Source of the DNA: Candidatus Latescibacterota bacterium
GTDB lineage: Bacteria > Latescibacterota > UBA2968
Reading direction: 5' to 3'
DNA length: 64,000 nt
Assembly (NCBI GenBank): GCA_965205975.1
Contig: OZ242195.1
Location: 4,864,001 to 4,928,000 of the forward strand
The notes beneath the pieces were generated by a model. The model ran no database searches. It was not told where the DNA came from and was given only the letters and a program-made list of their open reading frames with translations. Shown piece by piece: positions 9,073-18,339 of this stretch. The number at the start of each line of letters is the position of its first letter. Positions within the stretch are counted from its first letter, which is position 1. The position numbers and the translations under genes were made by a program.

Positions 9073-10122
9073 TTAATCCAGTAAGCGGTCAACGAGATGG
9101 TCTTCTGCGTCAATTAAAGGATGTTGCTCATTTTGCAAGGGCAAGGTGACGGGTTCGCCTGTGTGTGCGGCTTGATAGGCGGCTGTTGTGAGCAGGGCAA
9201 CGGATAGTCCGTCTTCTGCACTGGTGACGGGTGTTGTGTCTTGTTCGATGCAGTCGATGAGATGCGCCACACAGGCCGCCAATCCCGCTGCTCTGGGCGG
9301 TGGTGTATCGACGAGTTGTCCGTTGACGGAATATCCCAGGCGATCTACTTGAACCCACGCGCCTTCGCCCGTGATGTTGACGCAATCGAATGTGGCATCT
9401 TCGCTTCGCGCCTTTGACCTTCCTGCGGTGAGTGTTGCCGTGAAATCGGGATATTCACACCAGAGCGTGGCGATGTCTTCTGTGCCAAATTGCGCGTATT
9501 CCTCAAAATAGAGATTTTGCATTTGGCAATTCACCCTGTTGGGCATGCCAAAAAACCAGAGCAGAGCATCTACGGTATGGCTGCCCAAATTCATCAGTTC
9601 ACCCCCGCCATTTTGCACGGCTGGCGTCGGATAGCTTACATAAGCCATGAGGTCGCCAAAAAATTGCTTCACGCTGTTGTGGACATACGCGGAGATACGT
9701 CCGTATTCGCCTTGGTCGAGGGCGTCTTTGAGTTTTATCATTGTGGGTGAGAACCGAGAGGGATACGTCAGAAGCACTTTGTTTGATGCGCTGGCAACAG
9801 TATCGACTAATTCTCTGGCTTCGACAACGGTTCTCGCTATGGCTTTATCGACCAGGACGTGTTTGCCGCAGGCGAGTGCTTTTTTGATCAGGGTGCGTTT
9901 AAGATAGAAGTCCGTGCAGATGGAGACGATATCTACGTTCGGGTCTTCCAGAACTGTGTCGTAGTCTCGCGCGACCTCAAGGCCGTAGAGCTGAGATAGT
10001 GCCTCGCCTTTGCCTTCGTGATGCTCTGCCGCTGCGACGATTTTGCAATCCTCTCGTTCATGCCAGATTGGGCCGTAGCTGTTCTGGTGCGCCCGATTGC
10101 CAATGAGTCCAATGCGATACAT
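9073..10122 (-). CDS. Gfo/Idh/MocA family oxidoreductase
   Basis: GKHVLVDKAIA, GGGELMNLGSHTVD. Confidence 0.88.
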   Translation of the reverse strand: MYRIGLIGNRAHQNSYGPIWHEREDCKIVAAAEHHEGKGEALSQLYGLEVARDYDTVLEDPNVDIVSICTDFYLKRTLIKKALACGKHVLVDKAIARTVVEARELVDTVASASNKVLLTYPSRFSPTMIKLKDALDQGEYGRISAYVHNSVKQFFGDLMAYVSYPTPAVQNGGGELMNLGSHTVDALLWFFGMPNRVNCQMQNLYFEEYAQFGTEDIATLWCEYPDFTATLTAGRSKARSEDATFDCVNITGEGAWVQVDRLGYSVNGQLVDTPPPRAAGLAACVAHLIDCIEQDTTPVTSAEDGLSVALLTTAAYQAAHTGEPVTLPLQNEQHPLIDAEDHLVDRLLD

Positions 10123-10125
10123 GGG

Positions 10126-10947
10126 TTATTTCCCTCCGTAGGTTGGCGATGTAAATTCGGGCTGCTGTGACCAGTGGTCAATTTTTCCCATGATGCCGTA
10201 GAGTTCGGGACGCCGGTCGCTCAGATGGTTTTCATCGGATGCGTCCTTTAGATCGACTTTGTGGATTAACACGTCGGGTACGTTGGATTGCAATTTTGCC
10301 GCGACTTTGCCGCGTGGGTCTGTGATCAGAGCGACATTGGGATGCGTGAAGCACACGAACGTCTGATTTTCATAGGATCGCGTGCGCATCCACCATTCAT
10401 TTTCTTCATGCCACATGCCATAGGTTGGCATGAGACAGATTTTTGCGCCTTTGAGCCGCAATGTGCGAATTGATTCGGGCCATCGGCGGTCCGCGCAAAT
10501 GACTATGCCCACGGTGCCAATGTCGAGGTCGAATATGGGCAGGTCATCGCCGCGCACAAAACGGTGATCGTGCGATTGTAGATGCGTTTTGTAATATGTG
10601 CCGACAATTTTTCCCGCGCGGTTCACTAATATAGCGGCATTGTAAAAATATCCCGCGCGTTTTTCAGTGTATCCAAAAACGATGTGGGTGCGCGATGCGC
10701 GTGCCATTTTGCATACCTGTTGGATGTACGCGCTTTGCTCGACGTCCTGAGCGACTTTGGCAAAGCGCTCAGCGGTCCAATTTTTTTCGGTTACTGCATA
10801 TCCGTCCAGGAAGCATTCCGGGGTTATGAATACGTCTGTATCTTTTCCCTGTGTTTCAAATTGTTTTTCAAATATCGCCCAATTGTTCTCGACATTCCAT
10901 TTTTCGGGCATGGCTTTCAGCATTCCAATTTTGATTTCATCAGGCAT
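10126..10947 (-). CDS. Carbon-nitrogen hydrolase (nitrilase superfamily)
   Basis: Catalytic E-K-C triad in TPECF, YYKTHL and ICAD. Confidence 0.9.
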   Translation of the reverse strand: MPDEIKIGMLKAMPEKWNVENNWAIFEKQFETQGKDTDVFITPECFLDGYAVTEKNWTAERFAKVAQDVEQSAYIQQVCKMARASRTHIVFGYTEKRAGYFYNAAILVNRAGKIVGTYYKTHLQSHDHRFVRGDDLPIFDLDIGTVGIVICADRRWPESIRTLRLKGAKICLMPTYGMWHEENEWWMRTRSYENQTFVCFTHPNVALITDPRGKVAAKLQSNVPDVLIHKVDLKDASDENHLSDRRPELYGIMGKIDHWSQQPEFTSPTYGGK

Positions 10948-12106
10948 GTTGTTTCTCCTCTTCTACACCTCTCAGAGCTTGTTCAAAATCCGCGCATAAG
11001 TCCTCTGCGGCTTCGATGCCAACTGCTACGCGGATCAGTCGTTCGGAGATTCCCGCGTCGCGGCGTTCTTCTTCGGTGAGTCCGGAGTGCGATGTTTGTA
11101 CAGGGCGGGTGATGAGTGTTTCGATGCCGCCCAGGCTGGGCGCGGAGATTGGCAATTGTAGTTTCGATATTACTGCGTCGGCTACGCGGCTATCGCCGGC
11201 TATTTCAAAGCTCAATACGCCGCCACATCCGTTAAATAGTGTTTTTGCACAGTTGTGTTGCGGGTGGCTGGGTGAGCCAGGGTAATTTACGCGTTCTACA
11301 GCGGGATGGTTCTCCAGGAAAGAAGATAGTGCGTGTGCGTTTTCGTTTTGTTTTTCCACGCGCAGGACGAGTGTTTTCATGCCGCGCAATAAGAGAGAGC
11401 AGGCGTGTGGGTCCAGGCAGCCGCCCATGATGTTCAGTCGATGCACAATGCGGGTGATTAGATCGTGCGATCCAATTGCGCAGCCAGCGACGATATCCGA
11501 ATGTCCGTTCAGATATTTTGTGCAGCTGTGCAAGGAGAGGTCAAAGCCGATTTGCAGGGGGCGGAAGTTTACCGGGGAGGCAAAGGTGTTGTCGATCATG
11601 GAGATGAGGTTGTGGGTTTGGGCAAAGGCGACGACGGATGGGAGGTCGGCGACTTCCAGGAGGGGGTTGCTCATGGTTTCGACATAGATGGCGCGGGTTT
11701 CGGGGCGGATGAGTTTTTCCCATTCATGTGGCGCGTTTCCGGATACGAAATCCACGTCGATCCCGAAGTCGGCGATGTCGCGTGCCAAAAAGACTCGCGT
11801 TCCGCCGTAGAGGCAATTTTGTGCGAGTAGGTGGTCGCCTTTTTTTAATACGGTTAATAGGGCGGTGGTTATGGCTGCCATGCCCGATGCGGTGACTACG
11901 GCGGCTTCGCCTCCTGCAATTTGCGCCAATTTTTCATGGACTACGGTGTGATTGGGGGTGTTGTTCAGGCGAAGATATTTTATGTCGTGATAACTGTCTT
12001 CACTGCTGTATGAAAATGTGGCGCTCTGAAATACGGGTAGCGCGACCGCGCCTTCGTATTGTTTTTCTTCTTCACCTGCGTGGATTAATTGCGTTTCAAG
12101 GTTCAT
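10940..12106 (-). CDS. PLP-dependent trans-sulfuration enzyme (cystathionine gamma-synthase/lyase or methionine gamma-lyase family)
   Basis: SGMAAI, DNTFASP, SCTKYLNGHSD, SLGGIETL. Confidence 0.92.
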   Translation of the reverse strand: MNLETQLIHAGEEEKQYEGAVALPVFQSATFSYSSEDSYHDIKYLRLNNTPNHTVVHEKLAQIAGGEAAVVTASGMAAITTALLTVLKKGDHLLAQNCLYGGTRVFLARDIADFGIDVDFVSGNAPHEWEKLIRPETRAIYVETMSNPLLEVADLPSVVAFAQTHNLISMIDNTFASPVNFRPLQIGFDLSLHSCTKYLNGHSDIVAGCAIGSHDLITRIVHRLNIMGGCLDPHACSLLLRGMKTLVLRVEKQNENAHALSSFLENHPAVERVNYPGSPSHPQHNCAKTLFNGCGGVLSFEIAGDSRVADAVISKLQLPISAPSLGGIETLITRPVQTSHSGLTEEERRDAGISERLIRVAVGIEAAEDLCADFEQALRGVEEEKQHA

Positions 12107-12165
12107 GAGTGGTTCCTTGGGAATTAGTGATCGGTAGTAAAAACGCGACAGCAATTCCTCCATTT

Positions 12166-12198
12166 GTCATCGCGGCATGGTTTTGAGCCGCGATCCAG
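12166..12198 (+). repeat. REP-like palindrome GTCATCGCGGC-ATGGTTTTGA-GCCGCGATCCAG, followed by a short GCTGA(C/T)C heptamer run at 12209-12225
   Basis: 8-bp perfect stem with GTCAT/ATCCAG ends typical of REP-type repeats. Confidence 0.5.
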
Positions 12199-12315
12199 AA
12201 GGTTTTTAGCTGACCGCTGATCGCTCATCTTTTCCCTATGATTATACATTCTGACGCTGGGAGCAACCCAAAACATCATTGCCTTATGCTATCCGGGATA
12301 ATTGCCCGTTTCCGC

Positions 12316-12344
12316 TTGACAGTATTTGGCAGTTTTGATACTTT
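12316..12344 (+). promoter_or_regulatory. Sigma70-type promoter of tRNA-Arg
   Basis: TTGACA-N17-TACTTT with TG extension. Confidence 0.6.
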
Positions 12345-12397
12345 TATTCGTCTTACGACATTGTGTTGTCTCAAATATACTTAAGTTCTTGATTTTA

Positions 12398-12474
12398 GCG
12401 GATGTAGCTCAACTGGATAGAGCACCTGACTACGGATCAGACGGTTCCGGGTTCGAATCCTGGCATCCGCACCA
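12398..12474 (+). tRNA. tRNA-Arg (ACG)
   Basis: Cloverleaf GCGGATG/CATCCGC, anticodon loop CTACGGA, TTCGAAT, encoded CCA. Confidence 0.97.
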
Positions 12475-12485
12475 GATAAGGAGAA

Positions 12486-12517
12486 GGGGTTACATCGCAA
12501 TGGTGTAACCCTTTTTT
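12486..12517 (+). terminator. Rho-independent terminator after tRNA-Arg
   Basis: GGGTTACA..TGTAACCC stem followed by T-tract. Confidence 0.8.
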
Positions 12518-12541
12518 CAAAAATAAAGGCGGGGATTTTAT

Positions 12542-13792
12542 ATGACGCGCTTTTTGAGACATAGCCTGTTTGCTCTGCTCGCTGTTTTTCTGTCTTCCCA
12601 CCCGATTTTTGCGACTGAGATTCCCCAGGGAGATCCCACAGAGTTGGGGTTTTCCGTAGAAGGTCTTGCGAAGATCCGACCCGCAATGCAGACGCTTGTG
12701 GATTCTGGGAAATTTGCAGGTGTTTTGACGCTGATTGCGCGAAGAGGTAAAATTGTCCATTTCGAGACTGCGGGCTTGCGCGATAGGGAATCGAATAAGC
12801 CGATGACGGCGGATACGCTTTTTCGCATTTATTCTATGACCAAACCGGTTACCAGTGTCGCTATTATGATGCTCTACGAAGAGGGCAAGCTGAAGATGGT
12901 CGATCCGGTGTCTAAGTTTATTCCCGAATTTGCCGATACAAAGGTCTATACGGGGGGCGGGACCGAGAATCCAGTTCTGGCACCGCTCGAGCGCGAGATA
13001 ACGATTGCGGATTTGTTGTCGCATACATCTGGTTTGACGTATGGCATTTTTGGGCAGACATCCGTGGATACGCTTTATCGGATTGCGAATCTGTATTCGT
13101 TCAATTCAAATGTCAAATATGCCCAGAAGGTGGCTCAGTTGCCTTTGCGTTTTCAGCCTGGGACGCGATGGCTCTATAGCGTAGCGACCGATATCCTCGG
13201 TAGTGTGGTCGAGGTTGCTTCAGGTATGCCTTTGGGGGAGTTTTTCTCGCAGCGCATTTTTGTGCCTTTAGAGATGGTCGATACGAGTTTTTATGTGCCG
13301 GAGGAAAAGCGCGACCGTCTGGCTACGGTGTATGGGAAGGACGATGAGGGTAATCTTGAGGCGCGTAGCCTTCGGAGCAATATGCGGCGCGATGCACGGG
13401 AGTCCGGTGGCGGGGGTTTGGTGAGTACGGCTCGGGATTATCTCCGTTTTTCTCAGATGTTGCTCAATGGGGGTGCGTTGTACGGTACGCGCATTTTGAA
13501 GCCGGAGACGATTCAGCTTATGGCGAGTAATCACTTGCCCGAGACGGCACGTTACCGACACCGGCAGCGCAAGAGCGATGGTTTTGGCTACGGTTTTTCT
13601 GTGATTGTGGATGAGACGGAGACGGCGTGGGAGGATAGGAATGGGACGTATTACTGGTCGGGTATTGCCAAGACGCATTTCTGGATTGATCCGCAAAATG
13701 AGATGATTTCTATGGTGTGGACCCAGTTGCGCGGATCGGGCAATATTACGCGGCCTTTCCAGCCTCTGGTTTACAAGGCGCTTGTGGAGTAG
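12542..13792 (+). CDS. Secreted serine hydrolase, beta-lactamase (class C-like) family
   Basis: Signal peptide, FRIYSMTK (SxxK), LLSHTSGL, WLYS. Confidence 0.9.
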   Translation: MTRFLRHSLFALLAVFLSSHPIFATEIPQGDPTELGFSVEGLAKIRPAMQTLVDSGKFAGVLTLIARRGKIVHFETAGLRDRESNKPMTADTLFRIYSMTKPVTSVAIMMLYEEGKLKMVDPVSKFIPEFADTKVYTGGGTENPVLAPLEREITIADLLSHTSGLTYGIFGQTSVDTLYRIANLYSFNSNVKYAQKVAQLPLRFQPGTRWLYSVATDILGSVVEVASGMPLGEFFSQRIFVPLEMVDTSFYVPEEKRDRLATVYGKDDEGNLEARSLRSNMRRDARESGGGGLVSTARDYLRFSQMLLNGGALYGTRILKPETIQLMASNHLPETARYRHRQRKSDGFGYGFSVIVDETETAWEDRNGTYYWSGIAKTHFWIDPQNEMISMVWTQLRGSGNITRPFQPLVYKALVE

Positions 13793-13798
13793 GGAGGC

Positions 13799-13827
13799 TT
13801 GACAAAAGTATTGAACTTTATTAGGTT
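13799..13827 (+). promoter_or_regulatory. Sigma70-type promoter of tRNA-Glu
   Basis: TTGACA-N17-TAGGTT. Confidence 0.5.
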
Positions 13828-13847
13828 GTCGCCATCATGTTGTGAGT

Positions 13848-13923
13848 GACCCCGTCGTTCAGTGGCCTAGGACACCAGACTCTCACTCTGGAGACGGGGG
13901 TTCGACTCCCCTCGGGGTCACCA
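13848..13923 (+). tRNA. tRNA-Glu (CTC)
   Basis: Acceptor GACCCCG/CGGGGTC, anticodon arm CCAGA-CTCTCAC-TCTGG, TTCGACT, CCA. Confidence 0.97.
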
Positions 13924-13948
13924 AAAAATAATAGTGTTTTTTAATATG

Positions 13949-13989
13949 AAAAAGGTCGTGGGATTTATTCCTCACGACCTTTTGTTTTT
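13949..13989. terminator. Bidirectional terminator between tRNA-Glu and the convergent TA pair
   Basis: AAAAAGGTCGTG...CACGACCTTTT. Confidence 0.8.
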
Positions 13990-14024
13990 CATTTTGAGGG
14001 AAAGTACTGGCGGATGTGTGATAT

Positions 14025-14390
14025 TTATGTATGGTGTTTTTGATAAAAGTCTTTTACTGTTGGTGGTGTCTCATCTGATTGGCAAAGTCCCTGTTGAATT
14101 TTGACCAATAGTTCATGTGATATAGGCGGTGCGTTGCTACAGTCACGTAGAATGATTTTGCTTCTCCATTCTTCAATTAGACAAGCATCCTCATAGTAGA
14201 TAATTGATTTTTTACTGATATTTGGATGGTCGTTAGGCGAGAGTATGCAGGTTTCATCTAATCCTCTACGCCATGAAGTTACATTCACCATTATTGTTTG
14301 TGGTGGATTGCCTACACACTCTGTTAAAAACAAATATAAGTGCCCACCGCCCCGATCATCAAGCCATACGCATCTTCCCGCTAATAACAT
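14025..14390 (-). CDS. Putative toxin, PemK/MazF-like fold, partner of the Panacea antitoxin
   Basis: HLYLFLT..MVNVTS..DETCIL...DHP.I...S.IYY pattern; 2 nt downstream of the antitoxin; AT-rich. Confidence 0.6.
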   Translation of the reverse strand: MLLAGRCVWLDDRGGGHLYLFLTECVGNPPQTIMVNVTSWRRGLDETCILSPNDHPNISKKSIIYYEDACLIEEWRSKIILRDCSNAPPISHELLVKIQQGLCQSDETPPTVKDFYQKHHT

Positions 14391-14392
14391 AT

Positions 14393-15019
14393 TTATCTCG
14401 TATTATCATTCTCCATATTTCTAAGCATATTTTCAAACTTTGCTTTTGCGTCAAATTCTTGCCTGATTGTTATTAAATCCTCGTCAGACCATCCCGTAGC
14501 TTTGAGCAAGGTATTCCAATCTATGGGATTAGATGAACCCCCTGGATCATCAAACTCTGGTAGAGAGTGCAGGTGGTTCTTTAATTGCCCAAAGGATTTA
14601 TTTCCAAATTCCTTAAATACATCATTTATCAGATCAATTTGTGCTTGTGATAGTTCATCACTGCTTATATCGTCTTTAATTAGTTTAATAATATACCCTT
14701 GTGGTCTGGAAAAATATTGAGACCAGTATTCGCCTTCCCAGGGTTTGCAAACAAGATCGTATGTATGACTTGGCGTTGGCCCCAATGGTAGATTATACGG
14801 ACGGTCAAAAGTCACGGGACGACCACGACGCTCCAAAGAGGTTCTATCAATGAGGTATATCAATTTGACAAGTTTATACACACTAATTTGACCGCCAGAA
14901 TAATGTGCAAGTAAAGCAGCAACTTGCGTTGTCCTGCGCTCATTAAACTCAGGAATATCTAATAGACTTGTATCAACCATGATAGTATCAGACATTTTCA
15001 AGTCCTCTGAACTTGTCAT
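14393..15019 (-). CDS. Panacea domain (DUF4065 / SocA-like) antitoxin
   Basis: KLVKLIYLIDR, GRPVTFD, LPLGPTPS motifs typical of DUF4065. Confidence 0.85.
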   Translation of the reverse strand: MTSSEDLKMSDTIMVDTSLLDIPEFNERRTTQVAALLAHYSGGQISVYKLVKLIYLIDRTSLERRGRPVTFDRPYNLPLGPTPSHTYDLVCKPWEGEYWSQYFSRPQGYIIKLIKDDISSDELSQAQIDLINDVFKEFGNKSFGQLKNHLHSLPEFDDPGGSSNPIDWNTLLKATGWSDEDLITIRQEFDAKAKFENMLRNMENDNTR

Positions 15020-15037
15020 AAAATATTACGACACACA

Positions 15038-15075
15038 TTTCGTTGTATTATAGCTAAAATATACAACGAAAGCAA
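15038..15075 (-). promoter_or_regulatory. Promoter TTGCTT-N17-TATAAT overlapped by a perfect 11-bp inverted repeat (candidate operator)
   Basis: TTTCGTTGTAT (15038-15048), 12 nt spacer, ATACAACGAAA (15061-15071). Confidence 0.75.
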
Positions 15076-15371
15076 TTTCCCCAAAATCTGAAATGATCCA
15101 GCCCAAAATACGAAACGCGGATATTTCTTGTCACTTTCGTATATAGTTCCCAAATTTTAATGTGCTTGTCAATATCGTTTGTCCATGTTTAATCCTACAG
15201 TCCCGCAGATCCAATAGTGCTTCGGCGACTTCCTTTCTTTTTTGTTCGATAGTGTTGAGCGGGTCTTCGGGAGCGACTCCCCTTGATATTGTTGTTAAAA
15301 AATAAAAAGTCGTGAGAAAATAAACCTTCACGACCTTTAGTTTTTTAGGCGACCAACATATTTGATGTGCT

Positions 15372-16376
15372 TCAGACGACCGCCGCTTCGTCTATGGAAA
15401 AGAGATTTTGTTCAGAGTCAAGCCTCGCTTTGATACCATTGGGAAGAATCATTTGAGGACTCGTATGCCCAATATCTACTTGTGTGAGGATGGGAAAATC
15501 AAATGCCGTTGTATAGTGACCGATCAATGTTTTAAGTAACTCTTCCTGGTCTTGAGATAGGTTGTTTATTTTTCCCACGATCAAACCAGAAATTTCCTCA
15601 AAAAGACCAATCTGCTGGCATTGTGCAAGGGCTTCCTCGGCATACATAAGAACCGTGTTTCCCATATTGACCTCTTCCAGATAAAGAATTTTACCGTGAA
15701 ATGAAGGCCAAAATGGAGTGCCAGTCAATATCGGCAGGGTATGGAGATTGCCACCTATGAGAGGTCCTTGCGCTCTGCCACCTCTGAGCCAATGCCAACC
15801 AGCATTATTCTTCATTTTTCGCGGACTGTCTTCACTGGGCGCGTCATCTGTCCAGGTCTCCGGTGCCTCCAATGGTCCCGGGGCGGTTGGTGTAAACAGG
15901 ACATCTTTTATTTGTTGAATTGTATAACTCAAGGGTTTCGGATATTCGCTGAGACCGTTGAGCAGGGTTGGACCGTGGAAAGTGACCATATTGAGACGTG
16001 CGTAGATGCCGAGTAGCAGGGCTGTATTCGCGCTGTATCCCATCAATATCTTGGGGGAACGCGCAATCAAATCCCAGTCGAGCAAGGGAAGGAGTGCATT
16101 GGTACCAGATCCTCCTGAGAGAGAAAAAATCGCTTTGATGTCCGGATCAGCAAATAGGTCGTGGAGATCATTGACACGCAATTGCGGGGCTGGATTCAAA
16201 TGTTCGCGTTGATGGCGTGCGTTATTTGCTAATTGAACTTTCAAACCGAGATCCTCAAGGGCTGCCTGGGCACGGGAGAGCCAATTGTTAGTAAAAGAAA
16301 AAAATGAGGCAGCGGGCGAGGCAATCCCCACAGTATCACCTGGTTTTAATCTCGGTGGTTTGATTGTATTATTCAT
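15372..16376 (-). CDS. S66 family LD-carboxypeptidase / MccF-like peptidase
   Basis: LKPGDTVGIASPA, GYSANT, GGNL, LEEV, DIGHT. Confidence 0.92.
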   Translation of the reverse strand: MNNTIKPPRLKPGDTVGIASPAASFFSFTNNWLSRAQAALEDLGLKVQLANNARHQREHLNPAPQLRVNDLHDLFADPDIKAIFSLSGGSGTNALLPLLDWDLIARSPKILMGYSANTALLLGIYARLNMVTFHGPTLLNGLSEYPKPLSYTIQQIKDVLFTPTAPGPLEAPETWTDDAPSEDSPRKMKNNAGWHWLRGGRAQGPLIGGNLHTLPILTGTPFWPSFHGKILYLEEVNMGNTVLMYAEEALAQCQQIGLFEEISGLIVGKINNLSQDQEELLKTLIGHYTTAFDFPILTQVDIGHTSPQMILPNGIKARLDSEQNLFSIDEAAVV

Positions 16377-16416
16377 ATTCTTTTTTTAAAATAAGATGTT
16401 GCGTATATATTTTACT

Positions 16417-16729
16417 GGGTGTGCGTAAATTAGAAACACGCAACAAGAGCCATGACAGAAAGCCATCAGCCAAAACCATCACGCACAGCGCGTGAGTCCG
16501 TCTCGCAGTGGACATCTTTATGGCATTTCAACTGCGCAGGCCACCGCATGGCGTTGTATTATAAAAACGATTGAACTGGCCTGAGAGGCGGCCAGTTGTA
16601 CCCCGCTCGCTTCATTTTTTTGGGCGCGCAAAAAAATGAAGTCGCCGCACGCCGCAGGCATGGCGTAGCCACACGCATGAAAAAAACTCTACACATCGTT
16701 GCACCACAACAAATGAATTATGCACACCC
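16417..16729. mobile_element. MITE-like non-coding element with 12-bp terminal inverted repeats
   Basis: GGGTGTGCGTAA ... TTATGCACACCC (11/12 match); internal hairpins; no credible ORF. Confidence 0.55.
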
Positions 16730-16790
16730 CACCTATTTAATGCCTGAAAATAATAAGCTATGTGTCTATTTTTTGCAATAGGGCTATGGA

Positions 16791-17429
16791 ATGAATGAGA
16801 AAAACGGTGTCAAACCCATCGTAATTGGTATTTCGGGTGGATCCGCCGCGGGCAAGACGACTTTTACGGATATACTATCTGATAGGCTCGCAGATTTTGG
16901 ACCCGTCGTGCTCAATCAGGATAGCTATTTCCGCGATTGGTCAGCGCTGCCAGAAGACGAGCGCGAGATTATGCGAACGGCAAACCATCCGCGGGCTGTG
17001 CTGTGGGAGCCTTTGATCGCGCATGTGAAATGTTTGCGGGAAGGGCAGACGATTGAAATGCCACCGCCTGGGACGAGGGCTTTTCGGCGGGGGGATGATC
17101 CCCAAAAGGTCGTGCCTGAGAAGCTGGTTATTGTAGAGGGGCACTTGATTTTTTCGCAAGAGACTCTGAGGTCTTTGCTGGATATCAAGCTGTTTTTGGA
17201 TGTGGATACACACGAGCGGGTGCTCAGGCGCATGTTGCGCAATACGTCGAGTGGGATGTCGCTGAAAGATGCGGTGGCATGGTATCGCCGAGATGTCGTG
17301 CCCAATTATCGCGTCTATACGGAGCCGACAAGGGCGTACGCGGATTTGATTGTGCCGTTTGAAGGGGATGTGCAAGTAGCTGTGGATGTTGTGGCAAATG
17401 GCATACGCAGGATGATTCACGATAGATAG
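16791..17429 (+). CDS. Uridine kinase family protein
   Basis: IGISGGSAAGKTT, QDSYF, IVEGH, YTEPTRAYADLIVP. Confidence 0.85.
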   Translation: MNEKNGVKPIVIGISGGSAAGKTTFTDILSDRLADFGPVVLNQDSYFRDWSALPEDEREIMRTANHPRAVLWEPLIAHVKCLREGQTIEMPPPGTRAFRRGDDPQKVVPEKLVIVEGHLIFSQETLRSLLDIKLFLDVDTHERVLRRMLRNTSSGMSLKDAVAWYRRDVVPNYRVYTEPTRAYADLIVPFEGDVQVAVDVVANGIRRMIHDR

Positions 17430-17511
17430 CAAGTATGGCTTGCCTCGCGTGTTTTCTGGTCGTAAATTTGTTTGTGATATGTTTGCAAGTCCATGAAAGG
17501 AGATGATTACT

Positions 17512-18339
17512 ATGACCGTTCAATCCGATTGGGCTGTTCTCACAGATGAACAGCGGCAGTTTTTTGAGGACAATGGGTATCTCTTGATCGAAGACGCGCT
17601 GCCGCCCGATGTTGTCGCCGAACTCAATGCGGCGGCTGATGAAATTTACGATCGGGAAAAGGCCGCTGGTGGCCTGGAGAAAACGGGCAAACTCAATTTG
17701 CGGAATTGCATTGTGCATCACGATGCTTTTCTTCAGTTGCTCGACTGGCCGACCACGGCGCCTCTGGCGTGGCAGATTCTCAACTGGAATATCCAGATGA
17801 TTACTTCGCATCTCATTGTTTTGCCCTCTGGCCCAGAGCCTCCGGAAGAGGTAAAGCGCAAAGGTGGGTATCACCGCGATGGCGGTTCGTCTTCTCGGGA
17901 GATGACAGAACCCCATCCGCGCATTCTGCTCAAAATTGCGTACGCCATCAGCGACCAGACAGATCCCGCATCGGGGGCGACGCAACTCGTGCCCGGAAGC
18001 AATCGGCTATTTGGCAGGCCTGCGATTGATCCGGCAACGGGCCATCCCCGGGGGGCGATCAATATGAATGTCAAGGCGGGTTCGGCATTTATTTTTGAAC
18101 AGCGCACGTATCACGGCATTGGCAAAAATTGGTCGGGTTTTCCGCGGAAGACCATTTTTATGGGCTATGCGTATCGCTGGGTCAAGCCTATGGATTATAT
18201 CGATATGCCCGATGAACTCGTTGCCCGCGCAAATCCCATTCAAAAACAACTCCTGGGTGTGGTCTCCGATCCGCTCAGTTTTTATATTCCGCAAGCGGGA
18301 GATGTGCCTCTCAAAGAGCTTGTGGAAAATGGGGTTTGA
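17512..18339 (+). CDS. PhyH family dioxygenase
   Basis: FFEDNGYL, YHRDG, GATQLVPGSN, TYHG; alternative start at 17503. Confidence 0.85.
   Translation: MTVQSDWAVLTDEQRQFFEDNGYLLIEDALPPDVVAELNAAADEIYDREKAAGGLEKTGKLNLRNCIVHHDAFLQLLDWPTTAPLAWQILNWNIQMITSHLIVLPSGPEPPEEVKRKGGYHRDGGSSSREMTEPHPRILLKIAYAISDQTDPASGATQLVPGSNRLFGRPAIDPATGHPRGAINMNVKAGSAFIFEQRTYHGIGKNWSGFPRKTIFMGYAYRWVKPMDYIDMPDELVARANPIQKQLLGVVSDPLSFYIPQAGDVPLKELVENGV

Noticed and set aside
12398..12474. C-A mismatch at the top of the tRNA-Arg anticodon stem
   Set aside because: A single mismatch at this position is tolerated; promoter, CCA and terminator are intact
15131..15331. 66-aa ORF whose middle (PEDPLNTIEQKRKEVAEALLDL) recalls the C-terminus of a type I methyltransferase
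   Set aside because: Too short to support; starts inside a terminator hairpin
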